DNA of 64,000 nucleotides from a virus, in the IMG/VR virus record IMGVR_UViG_3300046171_000225, positions 1 to 64,000 of that record. The stretch is one strand, 5' to 3'. The translations under genes were made by a program, and so were the position numbers. Every line of letters starts with the position of its first letter. Position 1 is the stretch's first letter. Below are positions 61,932 to 64,000 of this stretch, piece by piece. The notes under the pieces were generated by a model. That model did not search any database. It had not been told where the DNA came from and saw only the letters and a program-made list of their open reading frames with translations.

Positions 61932-63293
61932 ATGGAAAAAACAAACTTTAGTCATTTTGGTAAGAACTTCCAAGAGGTACTTTGTTACCTCATTCTTGAA
62001 GACAGGCCGTTCGCAGATCAGATATTTGAAGTATTTGACATTACCTTTCTAGAGCTATCATATCTTCGTCTCTTCGTGAGCAAGATCATGGACTACAGAG
62101 AGAAGTACAGCGTTCATCCAACCACCAAGATCATGATGACTATTCTCAAGTCTGACTTGGAGAAAGAAAATGACATGCTTCAGAAACAAGTCAGAGATTA
62201 CTTTGCAAGAATTCAGATCATGGACTCTGTGCGAGAGACAGACTTTGTAAAAGATAAGTCTCTTGATTTCTGCCGGAAGCAGAAGCTTAAGGGTGCGATG
62301 CTAAAGTCAGTAGACCTACTTCAATCATCTTCCTTTGATGAGATTTCTAAGATCATTAATGACGCTCTTATTTTGGGAAGTGATTCTAATTTTGGCTACG
62401 ATTACTTAAAAGACTTTGAGAAGAGGTTTGAGCTGAAGGCCCGCAGTCCTGTATCTACAGGATGGTCTGAGATGGACGCTATCTGTCAAAGTGGTCTTGG
62501 TGTTGGTGAGCTAGGTGTCGTGATTGCTCCGACCGGTGCTGGAAAGTCTATGCACCTTACTCACTTGGGCTCTCAAGCTTTGATTAACGGCGTTAACGTT
62601 GTTCACTATACGCTTGAGCTTAGTGACACCACGATTGCATCAAGATACGATTCTTGCATCACAGGGGTGCCACTGAACGACTTGAGATCGTTCAAAGAAC
62701 TGATTTATGAAAGAGTAGAGAAGGTAAAGGGCACACTTATTGTAAAAGAGTACCCAACCAAGTCCGCTTCAACCAGAACCATTAGAAACCATTTGGAAAA
62801 GCTTTCTAACCGTGGTATAGATCCCGGCCTTATCATCGTAGACTACGGGGACCTCTTGAGGCCTGTTGTAAACAGAAAAGAGAAAAGAACTGAGTTAGAG
62901 TCAATCTACGAAGAACTTCGCGGTATCGCTCAGGATTACAACTGCCCAGTTTGGACTGCATCTCAGACAAACCGTTCTGGTTTGAATGCAGAGGTCATTA
63001 CCATGGAATCAATTTCAGAAGCATTTAGTAAGTGTTTCGTCGCAGATTTTATTTACACGGTATCTAGAACTGCTGACGACAAGACTTCTAATTCTGGTAG
63101 AGTTTATGTCGCTAAAAATAGAAATGGGCCTGACGGTCTCGTCTATCCCATCTTTATGGATACTAGCAATGTAAAAATTAGAGTTCTTCCGCCAAGCGAT
63201 GAAGAGGCAGAAGAAGTTAGTGTTAAGAGTCAGGCAGATGTCCTGAAAGAGAAATACAAGAAATTTAGACAGCAGCAAAGGGAGAATGCATAA
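61932..63293 (+). CDS. Replicative DnaB-like helicase (gp41-like)
   Basis: Walker A APTGAGKS, TLEL, IVDYGDLL, WTASQTNR, KNRNG. Confidence 0.92.
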   Translation: MEKTNFSHFGKNFQEVLCYLILEDRPFADQIFEVFDITFLELSYLRLFVSKIMDYREKYSVHPTTKIMMTILKSDLEKENDMLQKQVRDYFARIQIMDSVRETDFVKDKSLDFCRKQKLKGAMLKSVDLLQSSSFDEISKIINDALILGSDSNFGYDYLKDFEKRFELKARSPVSTGWSEMDAICQSGLGVGELGVVIAPTGAGKSMHLTHLGSQALINGVNVVHYTLELSDTTIASRYDSCITGVPLNDLRSFKELIYERVEKVKGTLIVKEYPTKSASTRTIRNHLEKLSNRGIDPGLIIVDYGDLLRPVVNRKEKRTELESIYEELRGIAQDYNCPVWTASQTNRSGLNAEVITMESISEAFSKCFVADFIYTVSRTADDKTSNSGRVYVAKNRNGPDGLVYPIFMDTSNVKIRVLPPSDEEAEEVSVKSQADVLKEKYKKFRQQQRENA

Positions 63294-63294
63294 A

Positions 63295-64000
63295 ATGGAA
63301 ATTTCATCACAGATACTATCAGATATCACTGTTCACATGAAGTACGCAAAGTACCGAGAAGACCTTCTTCGTCGCGAGACGTTTAAAGAAATCGTAGACA
63401 GAAACAAGGCGATGCACATCAAGAAGTTCCCTGTTTGGGAAGACCAGATTGAGCACGCATACAGTTTTGTTTATGACAAGATGGTTCTACCCTCTATGCG
63501 TTCAATGCAGTTTGGTGGAAAGCCAATTGAAGTGGCTCCTAACCGAGTTTTCAACTGTGCTTACATGCCGATTGATGACCCTCGCGCCTTCTCTGAGGCT
63601 ATGTTTTTGCTGCTTGGCGGTACTGGAGTCGGGTTCTCGGTGCAGTCGCATCACGTCGATAAGCTTCCAGAGATTAGTCGTCCAAATCCTAAGCGAACTC
63701 GTCGTTACCTCATTGGGGATTCTATCGAAGGTTGGGCAGATGCTGTAAAGGTACTTATTCTTTCTTACTTTAACGGTACTTCAAAGCTGCGTTTCGATTT
63801 CTCGGACATCAGGCCCAAAGGTGCGCGACTTGTAACATCAGGTGGAAAGGCACCCGGCCCACAGCCTCTTAAGGAATGCTTAGTCAAGGTTGAGGGTATC
63901 CTCGACCGAAAAGAGAATGGCGAGAAGCTAACTCCTATTGAAGTCCATGATATTGTCTGTCACATTGCCGATGCAGTTCTAGCAGGCGGTATCCGCCGTG
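63295..64000 (+). CDS. nrdJ: Class II (B12-dependent) ribonucleotide reductase, truncated by the window end
   Basis: Continuous frame from ATG 63295: KYAKY..RRET, VLPSMRSMQFGG, NCAY, LLLGGTGVGFSV, IRPKGARLVTSGGKAPGPQPL, VLAGGIRR. Confidence 0.88.
   Translation, partial: MEISSQILSDITVHMKYAKYREDLLRRETFKEIVDRNKAMHIKKFPVWEDQIEHAYSFVYDKMVLPSMRSMQFGGKPIEVAPNRVFNCAYMPIDDPRAFSEAMFLLLGGTGVGFSVQSHHVDKLPEISRPNPKRTRRYLIGDSIEGWADAVKVLILSYFNGTSKLRFDFSDIRPKGARLVTSGGKAPGPQPLKECLVKVEGILDRKENGEKLTPIEVHDIVCHIADAVLAGGIRR

Noticed and set aside
63449-63748. 99-aa ORF in the track
   Set aside because: It is an off-frame overlap of the continuous nrdJ frame starting at 63295.
1-64000. CRISPR array, integrase, transposase, introns/inteins
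   Set aside because: No spaced repeats or such motifs were seen; terminase, helicase and RecA are of normal length.

Overview
This window is a 64-kb, entirely plus-strand, gene-dense segment of a large T4-like/jumbo myophage genome. It uses the standard genetic code and has Shine-Dalgarno-rich starts. Gene order: giant LamG-containing virion protein and baseplate/fibre-like genes (1-19.2 kb); RuvC; two putative head-packaged proteins; primase; fused Mre11-Rad50 (gp47/gp46); a spanin-like pair; terminase, portal, prohead protease, phage ribosomal protein bS21, scaffold and major capsid; neck, sheath, tube, frameshifted tail chaperone, tape measure and baseplate; then a replication block (minimal PolA, divergent tubulin/FtsZ-like protein, gp32-like SSB, RecA, tRNA-Ser, 5'-3' exonuclease, DnaB-like helicase, class II RNR cut by the window end). 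A late-promoter-like motif ACTAWTTA precedes most structural genes. Local indel clusters (about 6.8-8.9 kb, 11.8 kb, 47.75 kb) break essential genes and are probably consensus errors. The best leads are: (1) a putative capsid-packaged effector pair with a pre-toxin-TG-like motif and PG-binding domains; (2) the mini-PolA and tubulin-like genes; (3) a pervasive [ST]-[GAS]-[STA] motif in virion proteins; (4) structured RNAs flanking the SSB gene; (5) a +1/-2 tail-chaperone frameshift; (6) a cryptic Cys-Cys peptide before the prohead protease. All calls come from reading motifs by eye; no database searches were run.
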